From: Rhina ancylostomus
Lineage: Eukaryota
Direction of reading: 5' to 3'
Length of the DNA stretch: 64,000 bases
Assembly (NCBI GenBank): GCA_030265395.1
Contig: JARFYF010000036.1
Span: forward strand, 21,065,555-21,129,554
Part shown: positions 1 to 13,400 of the stretch, in pieces
Layout: the number at the start of each line of letters is the position of its first letter
Numbering within the stretch: position 1 is the stretch's first letter
Translations under genes and position numbers: made by a program
Notes under the pieces: model-generated
Databases searched by the model: none
Told to the model about the DNA's origin: nothing
Seen by the model: the letters and a program-made list of their open reading frames with translations, nothing else

Positions 1-248
1 CTTCACGTTACTACCATCAGGGAGGAGGTACAGGAGCCTGAAGACCCACACTCAATGTTTCAGGAACAACTTCTTCCTGTCCGCCATCAGATTTCTGAAT
101 TATCCATGAACACTACCTCATTATTCCTCTTTAGCACTATTTTTTTATATAACATAGTAATTTTTATGTCTTTACATCTTGCACTGTACTGCTGCTGTAA
201 AACAACAAATTTCATGACATATGTCAGTGATAGTAAACCTGATTCTAA
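1..248 (+). mobile_element. Rex1/Babar-like LINE 3' end fragment
   Basis: Encodes [30 protein letters not shown] (Rex1-type ORF end) and ends in ...cctgattct. Confidence 0.7.
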
Positions 249-1809
249 TATTCAAGACGGAGATTGATAGATTTTTGGATATTAAGTGAATTGAGGGATA
301 TGGGATCAGATCAGGAAAGTGGCACTAGGTGCATCACCGCCTGGTTTGGAGGTTCCAATGTCCAGGATTGAAAGAGGCTGCAGAGGGTCATTCACAATCT
401 TATTGAATGCAGTAAAAGGCACAAGGGGCCAAATGATCTTCTCCTACTTCTATTTCTTCTGATGTTTTTCTGTAAATTTTCAAGTTAATTTCATTTTTTT
501 CTGTGTTGAAATGATTCAACCATAGGTCATAGTTTTTAACTGATTCCTAGTGATTTGAAGGATATTTTATAATTTTTAAAGATCTTTAAGATGTGATAGA
601 TTTTTGAATGCATTTCAACCTTGGTGAATGTTAGACAATTTCACAAGCAATCAATCTCGTTGACAGCCTTGACAGCTGGCAATCCTGTGCCCAGGGTTTA
701 AATGGTTCTCAAGGCTTCTCAAGGCTTTTCAAGGGACGGTTTCTCTACTTAGACTGGAAAGATTCTGCACTGCACTGAGCCTCAATAATCAGATGGGAGC
801 TGGCTTCTCGGCAAAAGACTACACCCGAAATTCCCCATCAGGTAAGAGCTGGATTTGAGGGCAGACAACTTGTGAACTTGGGGAACTTGCAGCTCAGCAG
901 CAGATCCAGCTCATTACTTAACACCCATGTCTATTACTCTGTGATGGTCATATTCATTGCTTCAACTCCAAAGACATTTTCCACTGCACATGCTTAGTAT
1001 TAACTTCTCATTTCCATTGCCAAAAATCAAAACAGCACTTAAACTGCAGCTTAAACAGTGCTTTGGAATAAGTCTTTACTACTTATTTACCCTTGCACCC
1101 AATGCCTCAACTTATTAAACCCAAAATGCTCTAGGCCATTTTTGCAGCCTTTATAATCTACGGTCACAGGGATCAACTATCCATCAGTCCAGCATTTCAG
1201 TTAGCTACAATGCATATATTTTTATAATAAACATCTTATGTTACATTGGTATGGTCTCTAGAATTTAAATTTATTTTTGGTTTATCAGTCCCTTTAAATT
1301 TATTATTCTCTTAAAAATCCAAGTACACTGCACTTATTTGAAGAGATTGGGGATACTGAGAATCGTTAAAACTTTTGTTCTCTTGATGTTGGCCTAGGAA
1401 TATTTATCTGCAGGTTTTGCCTGTCTTGAGAGTACATTCATTACCTGCTGCTGGAGAGTGTGAATGTTCACAATGTTCATTGTAGCAAGAACCTATGAGA
1501 TCGGCTGCTTGCTCTGTATACGGTATATCATTCCCACACATTGCTGTTTCCCCAAATCTATCCAAACAGTCGCTTTTTCAAATTTATTTGCATTTCTAAA
1601 TATAAATTAATTATGTCTTGAATTATGGGTTTGGACGGACCTGATAGAGAATACAGTATAACCACACCCTAGCTGAGGTTTGATCTCAAAACCTTAGTAT
1701 CTCATATTTATGTTTGGAGCTTCAAATGATGAACTCACATGGCTACAGGCTTGTTATTTCTTATTCATTTAACACTGAGTATATTTTCATACATAATTTT
1801 TGTTTTTGT

Positions 1810-2425
1810 GAAAGTGGAGTCAGTCACAAATAGACAGGGTGGCGAAGTAGTAAGTCAGGGCATTGAGTATAAAAGTTGAGAGGTCATGATGCAGTCGTAC
1901 AGGACATTGGCGAAGCCGCACTTGGAGTATAGTGTTCAGTTTTGCTCACTCCGCTTTTGGAAAGATGTTATTAAACTGGAAGGAGTACAGAAAAGATTTA
2001 TAAGGATGTTACCAGGACTTGAGGGACTGAGTTTTAGGGAGAGGTTTGACAAGCTGGACTTCATTCCTTGAAGCATAGAAGACTGAGAGGTGATCTTGTA
2101 GAGGTGTATAAAATCATGAGGGGCATCCATAGGGTAAAAGTACTCAGTCTTTTTCCCAGGGTTGGGGAATCAAGAACTAGAAGGCAACTTTTCTTACACA
2201 AATGGTTCTATATATGGGGAAATGAGTTGCCAGAGGAGGTGGTTGGGTTAGGTACAATGCCAAGTTTTAAAAGCCAGTTAGACAGGTACATGGATTGGAA
2301 ATGTTTAGAAGGTTATGGGCTGAAACCTGGCAAGTAGGATTAGCCTGGATGGAGCATCTTGGTCAGCATGGAATAATTGGGCCAAAGGGCCTGTTTCTGT
2401 GCTGTATAACTCTTATAACTCTGTG
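1810..2425 (+). mobile_element. CR1 LINE 3' fragment (decayed)
   Basis: ORFs 1886 and 2068: PHLEYSVQF...LEGVQKRF...RRLRGDLVEVYKIM; tail tataactcttataactc. Confidence 0.85.
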
Positions 2426-3076
2426 ATGTTTTGAAAAGCAACAGACATTGCCTGAAGCACTGGAGGTGATGAATGTTACATACCAGGATTGTTATAACAG
2501 GGTTCCTGCAGAGTCTAAATAATCTCCTGTGGCTTATTAGTATGTTCTGCTTTTTTTCTTGCTGATTTCTGGCACTGGCAGTGCTTCATTTAGAATTTTC
2601 CTCGTCTGTTATTTTACCAGTAGTCTCCAGGTGGCAGCAGTTCGCCGGTTGAATCTCTTAATTTATTTTAGGAATCATCTGACATCATAAACAGCTTATG
2701 GAAAAATACTGGTAAACATCTAACAATTAATGACCCAACATATTACAAATATACATTGTAAATTTTCAAAAAAATCATTATAGTTACATTTTACTTTCTG
2801 TTCTGATCTCATTCTGGATTATAGTCCTATTATGTCAATTAAATACTGCATCTTAATGTTAGCATTCAGACTAAAGATGCCTTCAACAACTGAAAATTAG
2901 TACCATAGTATTCAAATCATTAACATTAATAATATAACAATAATCAAAACTTATAAATAGATTAAGTAAACCCATGCCAAGTTCCAGAAGCATCAAACAA
3001 AAAAAGTGTTGCAGAGCTACATTGGAGAAATCACCAGATGACCATTGTCATGGTGAAAGGGATAATGCTTTAAGAT

Positions 3077-3310
3077 GTGCCCCAAAGGTCTAGAGGGACT
3101 GAGTTATAGGGAGAGGTTGGACAGGCTAGGACTTTATTCCTTGGAGCAAAGGAGACTGAGAGGTGATTTTATAGAGGTATATAAAATCATGAGGGGCATA
3201 CATAGGGTAAAAGCACTCAGTCTTGGGATTCAAGAACTAGAGGCCATAGGTTTAAGGTGAGAAGGGAAAGATTTAATAGGAACTTGTGGGGCAACTTTTT
3301 TTACACAAAG
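3077..3310 (+). mobile_element. CR1 LINE fragment
   Basis: GLSYRERLDRLGLYSLEQRRLRGDFIEVYKIMRG. Confidence 0.85.
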
Positions 3311-4066
3311 GGTGAGAGAGGGAGATGGATATGGGGCTGGGTGGTGGAGGGTGACCTGAACAGGTGAAGGCTTGACTATCAATGATACTATAGTTAAGTT
3401 CAATGATGTATATAAGTCCAGAATTAGAGGAGAGCACATATCCCAGAGGGTTATGGTTGAGAAGGAAGTTATCGAGATGGGGAGGAATGAGACCATGGAA
3501 GAATGTAAAATCAAACTTAAGAATTTTAAAATTCAGCTATTGCTTAACGACAATACAGGATGGTTCAGCAAGCTCAGTCGCATCCCAAATAGGTGATTGG
3601 GCTAATGGAAGTTTAGACATGGACAACAGAGTCTTTGATGACATCAATTTTATATTTCAATGCTGGTTCTGAGTTATTAGCTGTTCCAATCAGGGTGGCC
3701 AGTGTGGTCTGTGTTAAAATTGGCAGATCTGGAGGGAACACAAGCATGAATGAGGGTTTCAACTACAAACGTTTCCCCAGTAGAGTTATCCAATACCAAT
3801 GGACTTAGTTTCAGAATATAGGATTACCTACTTCAGATAAAGATGAGGAGGAAATTCTTCACTGAGGATGTTGAATCTTTAGAATTCTTTACCTCAGAGA
3901 GTTATTTAATATTTTAAACTACAATGACGTTGAAGGAATATGCAGAAAGAGTTAAAAAAAAGACATATCGAAGCCAAGATTAGATCAACCTTCATCTTAT
4001 TGAACGATGAAGGAGGCTGAAGGGACCAATCAGCTTTTAGCTGCTGTTTCTTACGATCTTATGCCA

Positions 4067-4140
4067 GGCAGCATCTGTGAAGAGAGAAACAGAACTGAAG
4101 GATCATTGACCTGAAACATTAACTCTGTTACTCTCGCCAT
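4067..4140. mobile_element. Penelope-type fold-back remnant with degenerate hammerhead-like motif
   Basis: gagagaaacaga ... tctgttactctc arms around ctgaaggatcattgacctgaaacatt. Confidence 0.5.
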
Positions 4141-4469
4141 AAATCAGTTGCTGTTGGAAGCAGCAGAGCAGCATGGATATGACACCTGAAGTTCAGCTTG
4201 GTAAAGTATAACACTGAAATGGCAAACAGTCTCATTCAGTTTAGGGAGAAAGACGGAGTTGGTTGCTAGGATCAGTTAAAATCTCTTTTTCCCCATTTAA
4301 TAAATACTGAATGATTGGGGTGGATGAATCATTTTCATTCACGTGTATTTGAGAAAGAACTCAGTAAAAGAGATACAAGGTATTCATTTAAATGTAGAGT
4401 TTTGAAATAAAATCTGGTGGACTAAAGTTAAAAACTAGTACTTGCATTCCTTTTGGCTTCAGGGAGAAG

Positions 4470-4812
4470 TACATAGAACATAGAACGTAGAAAATCTACA
4501 GCACAATTCAGGCCCTACAGCCCACAAAGCTGTGCTGAACATGTCCCTAACCTAGAAATTACCAGACCTACCNNNNNNNNNNNNNNNNNNNNNNNNNNNN
4601 NNNNNNNNNNNNNNNNNNNNNNNNNNNNNNNNNNNNNNNNNNNNNNNNNNNNNNNNNNNNNNNNNNNNNNNNGCATCCTATCTATGTCCCTCTGTAACCT
4701 CTGACAGCCCTCCAAACTATCCACAACACCCCCAACCTTTGTGTCATCCGCAAACTTACTAACCCACCCCTCCACTTCCTCATCCAGGTCGTTTATAAAA
4801 ATCATAAAGAGT
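4470..4812 (-). mobile_element. CR1 LINE fragment spanning a 100-N gap
   Basis: [27 protein letters not shown] motif; (CTATGTT)n-type tail near 4470-4490. Confidence 0.85.
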
Positions 4813-6498
4813 AAGGGTCCCAGTACAGACCCTCACTATTGAAGCAGTGAGCAGGATTGACAGATGTTGATAAAAACAGCTTATAATTTGCTTTCATCAG
4901 TAACTTTTTGTCTTGAAACTCATGGAAGTTTATTCTTTGATTAGTTACATCTGCATATACTGACAAATGATAGGTTTTTAAAAAGCTTTCATATAGTCTG
5001 TTGCAGTTTTTCTAGTAAGTCATATATTTTATTTTGCAATGTCATAGTTCAATGGACTATTTTCACATTTGCATTCCCACTTCTCAGCAGGGATCATTCG
5101 CTGTCAAATCATATGTTTTCAAAGCACACAGATCTTTCTTCATCAAAACAAAATTTTGTGTCCTTTTTTTACTCTTCCCTTGTCAACATATTTGGTCCTT
5201 CAAGGTTTGCAAAATCAAGTTCTTCACATATTTCTCTTCATTCTCTATCATTTTCTGTATTTTCCTTCTGCAGAGAAGAAAGAAATTACAGCAGCCTCTG
5301 GTTGTGTGAAAAGGTTGTGTACCTGCTGTTCATGTGTATAAATTTTAACTAGATGATATGCGTGCACTTACCCTTTTGTTATTTTGCAGACACTTAATAA
5401 AATAGACCTAGCTACTTAAGCTCTACATATTAAGTATCTGTAAAATAACAGCACACTTCCTGAAGTTTCGATTAAAACATTCACTTAGTGACAAATGCTG
5501 ATGTGTAATCAGGCAATATTTTTTCAAAAGTTGGATTGGAAAATATTACTTGATATAGTTAAGTGGTAACCTGCTGTAGTAAGATTAATACCATTTGAAA
5601 AAAGAATAGGCTATATTGAGCTAGATTCAGCCCATATTCCGGAGTTGCCAACCTCCTGGGCTGGGTGCAGAGGGCCAAGCAAGCTGGTCTTCCACACTCA
5701 GATGGCATGTGACAAGGTGAAGGGAGGCCTCGGGGGAGAGTGTTTGTACTGCGGAGCCTGACCCCTGGAGCATCCCTTCAACCATGGGAAAGATCCTTGC
5801 CTTTTGTCAAACTCTTCCAAGGTTTTCTGACAATTTAAAAATGTCTTTGAAAGCTAGAGTCATTTTAAAAAGTGCTAAGTTATAAATACATATATTGGCA
5901 AAATTTAATTTATATAATGCATTTAAACTAAAATGTTGAAATGGCTGGCAATCCTCATTCAAATCAATGGGTCACAGATATTAAGCTGGGAAATCCTGCC
6001 GTAACCAGGCTCCAAGGCTAATATTTACATGAAGTCCAGTGACAGAGAAGAGTGACAGAAGCAATGGCTATAGCCACTCAGAGTGGATCTGCCCACACCC
6101 AGGTCTTGCTTACCCTGGAACAACTGAATGGCAGCAGTTCCCTTCAAAACTGCTGACAACATCCAGAATGCTTCAGCCTATTGGGTTTAGCTATAAAATA
6201 TATGCATCTTTATCAGGATGTTTAAGCCACCAGTTGGAAAATAAAATTTATAGAATAGCTACAGCCACTTGTCCTACCATATCTGCATCAATTCTCTGCC
6301 ATAGCAACTCACAGCCACCCTCTGCCCTTTTTCCATAACCTTGCAAACTTTTCTTCAGCATGTATTCATCCAATTCCCTCTTAAATAATCAAAAATGACT
6401 TTAACAAAGCTAAGCAGAATTTTTTGCTTTTCATATTTGTTCACAGTATTCCATTTCTCAGTATGCTAAAACAAATTAAAGCTTTTAGATGGCCTCTA

Positions 6499-6860
6499 TT
6501 ATTGGTATTGGTTTATTATTGTCACTTGTACTGAGGTACAGTGAAAAACTTGTCTTGTATATGGTTCGTACAGATCAGTTCATTACACAGTGCATTGAGG
6601 TAGTATAGGGTAAAAACAATAACAGAATACAGAGTAAAGTGTCACAGCTACAGAGGAAGTGCAGTGCAGGTAGACAATAAGGTGCAAGGTCATAACAAGA
6701 CCTCTTGACCTCAGCACTACTGATGTAGACAGGTGCATGTACACCACACCCTTTTTCTTAAGTCAATGACCAGCTCTTTTGTTTCACTGACATTGAGGGA
6801 AAGGTTGTTGTCACGACACCATGTCATTGAGATCTGTATCTCCTTCCTGTACTCTGACTC
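6499..6860 (-). mobile_element. Rex1/Babar-like LINE fragment with internal deletion
   Basis: Minus frame ESEYRKEIQISMTWCRDNNLSLNVSETKELVIDLRK joined to a 3' tail ending aataaaccaataccaat. Confidence 0.75.
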
Positions 6861-7319
6861 ACAAAAAGACAACCTCATTTTTAAAAGACTCCTCAAAAGG
6901 CTGCAAATGAATGCAATTATTGGAAACTTGCCATGGTGATTAATTCATCTTAAGGGTGGGACTAATATTATTTATGGAGCCTGCTTGAAGCCGAATGGTC
7001 TTCAAACCAGTGTAAAAGATCAAGAAACTTGATGTGCAGTGGATGCAATGTGCACTTGAAATTTGTTAGTCTTTCATGCTGGTGTGGTTGTGCTATTTTA
7101 GGTGAATTCTTGTTGAAAAGCCCAACGTTATCTTGCATGAACTCAACCACTGAATAGATAATGGATCCAAAAATAATTTTATGGATTTGAAATACTTTTA
7201 AGATATGATAATACTCTCGTTCAACCTCATCTATTTTCATGATAACAAATGTTTAAAAAATCTAATACCAAAACCATATGACAAAAATTGGATAAGTAAC
7301 AAAGTAGGCAACAATTTAC

Positions 7320-10300
7320 TTTTGTATCATTGGTCCTTGTTTATTCTTTGCATTTCTTGGAAAATAATCTTAGTTCTCATTAAAATGATGTCCATTCAGT
7401 AAATTCAAATTTGCACATCACTTTGTCTTATTTTGCAGTGCCTACTTTGCAAGCATATTTCTGGGATACCCATGCTGGGAGTTGAAATTTTCTGTCATTC
7501 AATGGTGTTCAGAAATGCTATGTATAAGTGGCACCACATACAAACAATGGTGCACATCAGATATTCAAAGTCATGTACCAGCATTTCCTTCACTTTGTAA
7601 CTTAAAATGGGGTTTTGTCTATTTGAGTTTAATAGGCAATATTTCAATCTGTAACTTCAAGTACTGCAGAAATAATACTTTCTGATTTAATGAAAAGCGA
7701 TGTACTTACAGCTCGAGAATGGTATGTACTGAATGTTTTCTGTCACTCTCTACATTCTCCTAAATCTACTTTAAGACATTTAATTAGCATGATAATTGCA
7801 CAGGAAATCAATTTTCAAAGATAGATAAGATACACAGAATATGGTTAACATGGTTAGCATTTAGATGCTAATTTCAAAAAGGACATTGAACAGAGGAAGG
7901 GAATATTAGTAAAATAGCTTTGTTCTTCAAATTGATGCTGAAACTTGTCCTTACTCGTAATTGTGCTAAATACTGTTTGATTTCACTGATGGGCAAATAG
8001 AATGTGCCACAATACTGTTAAAAAAAAATCAGTAACGTTTTAGGCTTGCTGATAAAGGCTATAGACAGACACTTATTTAACACATCACAGTAAAATTTTA
8101 ATAGTATTTTTAAAAGGTCTTTAGTCTTGTAACTGATGTCTGTAGTAGAGGTTGATTCATCAGTGCTAAGGTGATAGACTGTTTCTTTTCAACACTAATG
8201 TGAGAAAGTTACAATTACAAAATCAGATAATCCATTCTTGTTTGAAATACCTGAATGAATTAAAATATCATTAACACGCAAGCTCAGACAAACACTTGTA
8301 ATAACAACAATTTGTTTATGCAACTGCATCTTATGCAACAATGTTTCCCCAAAATCATATTGTCTGTAAATGGTAAAAGGCAAATGTTAACAGCATACAC
8401 TAGAGTAAATTTTGCAATAATTCCTGTTCCTGTAGGGACCAGCACACAAAGGCACTGTGGGTTAGAGAGATTTAGTATTGTGACTTTTTCATTGATGCTT
8501 GTTTATTTCAAAGGAGGTGTTTGAGCTTGGAGCAGGGATTATTCAATTGACTCATTAGATTTTGAACCATCCATTCATTTATATATATTCCAATAGTAAC
8601 ATACTTCAATGACAAATGATTTTATAAACAATGTTGCAATTAATGCAATTCTACCAACAAGATACACGGTTAAAAAAGTAACTATTTACATTCTGGAATG
8701 ATTAACTCACTGGTTTAATAATTCTCTTTGTGTGTATCAGAAAAATTCTTTGAAAAGAATTATACATTTTCATTTGAAAAAGTAGGCAAATTGTAAAACA
8801 CATCAGCTTTGTTTTGTGCTTCAATTTAGAACATTTTTAAATGTAAATTTTCACTTAAGCTAGTCAGCTAGATCATAATTAATTTTATCCATCTTTAGAT
8901 TGTTATCTTTAAATTAATCTCTGGTCACTATCAGTAAATGTGCTGTTATTGTAGTGGCAGTGTCTTCCATTCTGCCTCGGAACTGAATTATGGAGGCAGA
9001 GTAGACAACATTGCCAATAGGATGCAACATGTTTTGCACTGGTGACTGGAGATATATTTCTATGCACATATTTTTGTCCAGTTATAGATCATCTGGCATT
9101 CCATGTTCTGAATGATTGGAATCTCTAACTGATCCAATTTTTATTCCAAATTAGATTAATCTATATACATCAAGCATGTGTTAAATTACTTAGTGTATGG
9201 TTTATTTCACAGCAAATGATTCATTATTAATTATATTCAAATGAAAACATTAGGCTAGAAATACATCATAGTCAATGGAAACTAATCTGGATGTGGAATA
9301 CAACACACAGTTGCAACCATATTGTGCATTCAGTGCCAGAGACCAAGTACAAATTCCTATCCCTTTCTTGTTAAATAAAAATCCCAGATTTTGATTTCAT
9401 CAGTAATGTAATGTCAAAGTTCAACCAAATCAAGGCAGCTGAATTTATAAAACTTAACAATTCAACATGAAACACGATTTTAAAATGTAATAACAAGTAG
9501 ATATATCAAACAGCAAATTTTCAATTATAATTGAATTCCTGACATTACACGGAGCTGGAAATTCCAATTTGTATTACTTAAATTCTAAACGACTTGAATG
9601 AACTTCATTGATGGATATAAATGCAGTAAATATTTACAAGATATAACTTTACTTATTGTACAGAAGCTGCTCTTCCTTAATCATATGTATTTCAAAGGTG
9701 TGTAGAAATAGTGGGCTGAAACTCAATGAACATGCAGTCATGGCAACAAAGCAGAATTCTCAGAATTATGCTGGTAATTGCTAAAATCATTGCTTAAATC
9801 ACTCCCTTTCAGTTCAAACCAACTCATATTCTATAAGATCTTCTCCAGTTGTTTCACCTCGTACTGTGAAATTCATTTTCATATATGTTTGCTGCATTGA
9901 TACTGACACTGATTTTTCCTCCAGTCTTCTGAATTGTTCTTAACCTGTATTTTTAAAGTCCCACTGGCAGTGGCTGAAACTTGCATGATTTCATTATCAA
10001 CAAATTACAACTTGCACTGGTAATGGAAGTATCCTATAATTCCAGTGTTCCACGAAAGATAAATCGCCTCTCTCCTCCACAACTGTAGAATCACTTGTTT
10101 ACTGTCTTTCAAGAGTATGGTATCTGAAGTGATGGCTTGTGAACATCTGATGAAATGCTTTGAGCAAATAGGCTAATAACCAGTGGAAGAGGCTCTCCAT
10201 CCTCATTTACATAATTGACCCTTGAGAGTTTGTTTTTTATTAAAATTCCCCAACAGTGCAAACATTCTATCTACATCAGCCCCATAGTTTATCCAATCTT

Positions 10301-10414
10301 CAAGGCTAAAAATGAAATTCAGTCCACAGTCATACAGGATAACCATCCTGTATGTGCAGACTTTCAAGTTGTCACCAGTTGATGTTGCTGATGAAGTCGT
10401 CATTGTCCAGGAGT
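7320..10414 (-). other. SULF2: Probable SULF2 3' UTR (end uncertain)
   Basis: AT-rich stretch with no recognisable repeats after the stop. Minus-strand AATAAA at 10236-41, 9201-06, 9140-45, 8502-07 and 7340-45; the last is followed by a GU/U-rich tract. Confidence 0.45.
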
Positions 10415-10445
10415 CTAACCTTCCCATCCTTCCCAGAGTTGTCCT
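10415..10445 (-). CDS. SULF2: SULF2 terminal coding exon segment GQLWEGWEG*
   Basis: Acceptor gtttttcag|A; TAG at 10415-10417; canonical SULF2 C-terminus. Confidence 0.95.
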
Positions 10446-13400
10446 CTGAAAAACACCATAAAACAAGGTTGAAATGATATTGGAATATGAAAAGCCTCGA
10501 CAATTGTTTTCCACTTTAAATACAGTAGGTCTTGATGGTGTTGTGATACACCAAATAAAAATGAACCAAAAGAGGGTTTTTGTTTGAGTGTGGAAAGATC
10601 TTTTCTGTTGGGACAGAAGGATTTCATAGGCTTCCCTCACTCTGAGAGGCTTGAATGCCCAATTCTAAATTTAAATATAGACGAGATGAATAAGGAAGTA
10701 TGACAAACACAAAAAAATGAGGACAGAGATTCCTGGAATATTCTTAATTCCCCTTGTATGTCTTTGTAGTCCATTTCTAATGTGCTTAAATTAAAACATA
10801 GGGTAAGAAATTTGCCACAATTGACAGTGAGGCTGTCTTGCAAGTTGTTCATGCTAGTCCCAGGTGAGAGGGATACTTGGTTTCAGGCTGCATTTAAAAA
10901 GAGCCATGAAAATCTATCAGCCAAGCCTGCTGTTGGGTGAAGATGCATTTTAATGCTCAACAACAGCTTAACGAGTCTTTGTTTCCTCCTCCATTTTATT
11001 TTTTCTTATACAAAACTTTTGTTTACTGACACTGGTATCCTCTCTTGGCCCATCTGAAATGGAGCCTGGAGTTGGATTAGCACCATTTCTAAAACACTCA
11101 GAACAAGCTTGTACTTGGCAATGAAAATCAACTTACAGCTATACTTCCACAGATGCCAGATTCCTGGGTTTTTACCCAAATAATGATACCAAATATGATA
11201 CTTAACAGTGGGCATCAGTGTTAAGTCAGCAATAGTGGCAATAATCCTTTTCCAGGCTCACAAACCATAACACAAATTTGGATTGGTCCATGGGCCAGAA
11301 CTGAGATGAGTGTGCACATTGAGTAGTCTACCCCAAGATGGCAAACTAATTCTCTGGGTTACAGGATGCCCATTTAAACTTGAAATGGATGTAATAAGTG
11401 ACTCAGGCAGGCAATGTGGATGCTTAGTGAAAAATGAGTGGTAAGTCATTCAATGTCACCTTTGGGTCACTTGTAGATCAAACAGTGCTTCATGAGAGCA
11501 CCCAACATTTACTTCAACATTAAAGACCCCAATAAATAGAAAAATCACTGCAAAATTCTACTAACTAAAGGCAGGTAATTAAAAAAAAATTACCTGATTC
11601 TCAACAGTGATCCATCTGAGGACCATTTTTGGGCCACTGTGGGCCCACTGAAACAGGGAGCGGTTTGCTCACTCTGGACTTGGAGTCCTAAAACAAGGTT
11701 TTAACTTTTATTCACATTTTTGGATTCTGCGTTACTACTCATCCTGAATTTCCCTTAAAAGGGTGAATGATGAGCTACCTTCTTGAACTGCTGCAGTCCT
11801 TCTACGAAGGTACCCCCCACCGTGCTGTTGGGGAAGCTGTTCCAGAATTTTGACCCAGTGACAATGAATACCAACAGTGTATTTCCAAGTCGGGACTTGG
11901 AGGAGAACATGCAGGCAGTGACATTACCATGCACCTGCTGCCCTTGTCCTTACTGGTGGATGTTCTGTGTTTGGGAAGTGCTGCTGCAGTAGTCCAGGGT
12001 TGTGTTGAGGTACAGATGGTACATGCTACAGCCACTGTGCACTGGTGGTGGGGTACTGAATGTCTAGGGTGGTGGATAGGATGCAAATCAAGTGGCTTAT
12101 TTGGTCCTGGATGGTGACAAACTTCTTGTGTGCTGCTGGAGCTGCACTTATTTAAGCAAGTATTCTATCATAGCCCTGATTTGTGCTTTGAATTTAGTGA
12201 AAAACAAGGAAAGTCTTCCGCCTTACAATAGGCTAACCAGTGTCCAAACTTCTCCAGTAGTCACAGTATTTATGTGGCTGAGTCAATGGTAACCCATGCA
12301 AATTGTCGATGGTGGGAACTCAACAGAATGATGCTATGAATGTCAAGGGTAGGTTGTCAGAATCTCTCTTGTTGGAGATGGACACTGGCACTTCTGTGAA
12401 GCAAACGTTATTTGTGACTTATTAGCCTGAGCCTGAACATTGTCTAAGTCTTCCCACGTGCAGGCACGGGCAACTTCATTATTGACGGATTGAACATTGC
12501 GCAATCATCAGGGAACAGCCCCACTTCGGAATTATGATGAAATGACAGTCATTGATGAAGAAGCTGAAAGTCATTGGGCCAGGGAGACTTCCCTGAGGAA
12601 CTTCTGAAGTGATGCTTGGGGCAGCGGTAGTTGACTTCCAACAACCACAACCATTTTCCTTTGTGCAAGGTACAACTCCAACCACTGGAATGTTTTCCCT
12701 TGAACCTCACTCTTCAGTTTTAGCAGGGTTCCTTTCTCAAATGCTTTCATGGAGTCACTGTTACGTCACCTCTGGAATTTAGCTCTTGAATCCCTATGTA
12801 GTCAAAGGCTGTGACAGGGTCAGGAGCTGAGTGGTCCTGGCAAGAGGCAAACTAGGCATTGATGACCAAGTTATTGATGAGTAAATAACACTTGATATCA
12901 ATGACATCTTCCATCCCCTTGCTGACGATTAAGGATGGTAATTAGTCAGATTGGACGTCTTGCATTTTGAGGATTGATGTACTTGGGCAATTTTCTATGT
13001 CGTTGGGTAGATGCCAGTGTTGTAACTGTACTGGAACAGCTTGTTAGGGGTGTAGGCACAAGAAAATGCAGATGCTGAAATCTGGAGCAACAAACAAAGT
13101 GCTGGAGAAACCCAATGGGTCAGGCAACATCTGTGGAGAGAAATGGACAGCCGACATCTTCGGCTGAGACCCTTGTCCATTTCCCTGCATAGATACTGCC
13201 TGACTTGCTGAGTTCCTCCAGCATTTAATTTGTTCTCAGAGATGTATCTAGTTCTAGACTGTAAGTCTTCAATACTCTGTTGGGATGTTGCCTGGTTCCA
13301 TGTCCTTAGTACTCACATACAGGGCCCTGAATTGTTGGGAACATGATTGTACCCCACCAGCAATGTGTCCTTCCTCCCATTACCAGTTTGATCATCCATC

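Noticed and set aside
6968-7240. 90-aa minus-strand ORF downstream of SULF2
   Set aside because: No recognisable domain or supporting splice structure; consistent with a chance ORF.
10397-10417. Stop-codon readthrough of SULF2
   Set aside because: The context TAG-ACT is not a known readthrough motif, and an in-frame TGA follows after four codons.
10203-10640. 145-aa minus-strand ORF over the last exon
   Set aside because: It is in a different frame from the spliced CDS, spans intron and UTR, and has no recognisable homology.
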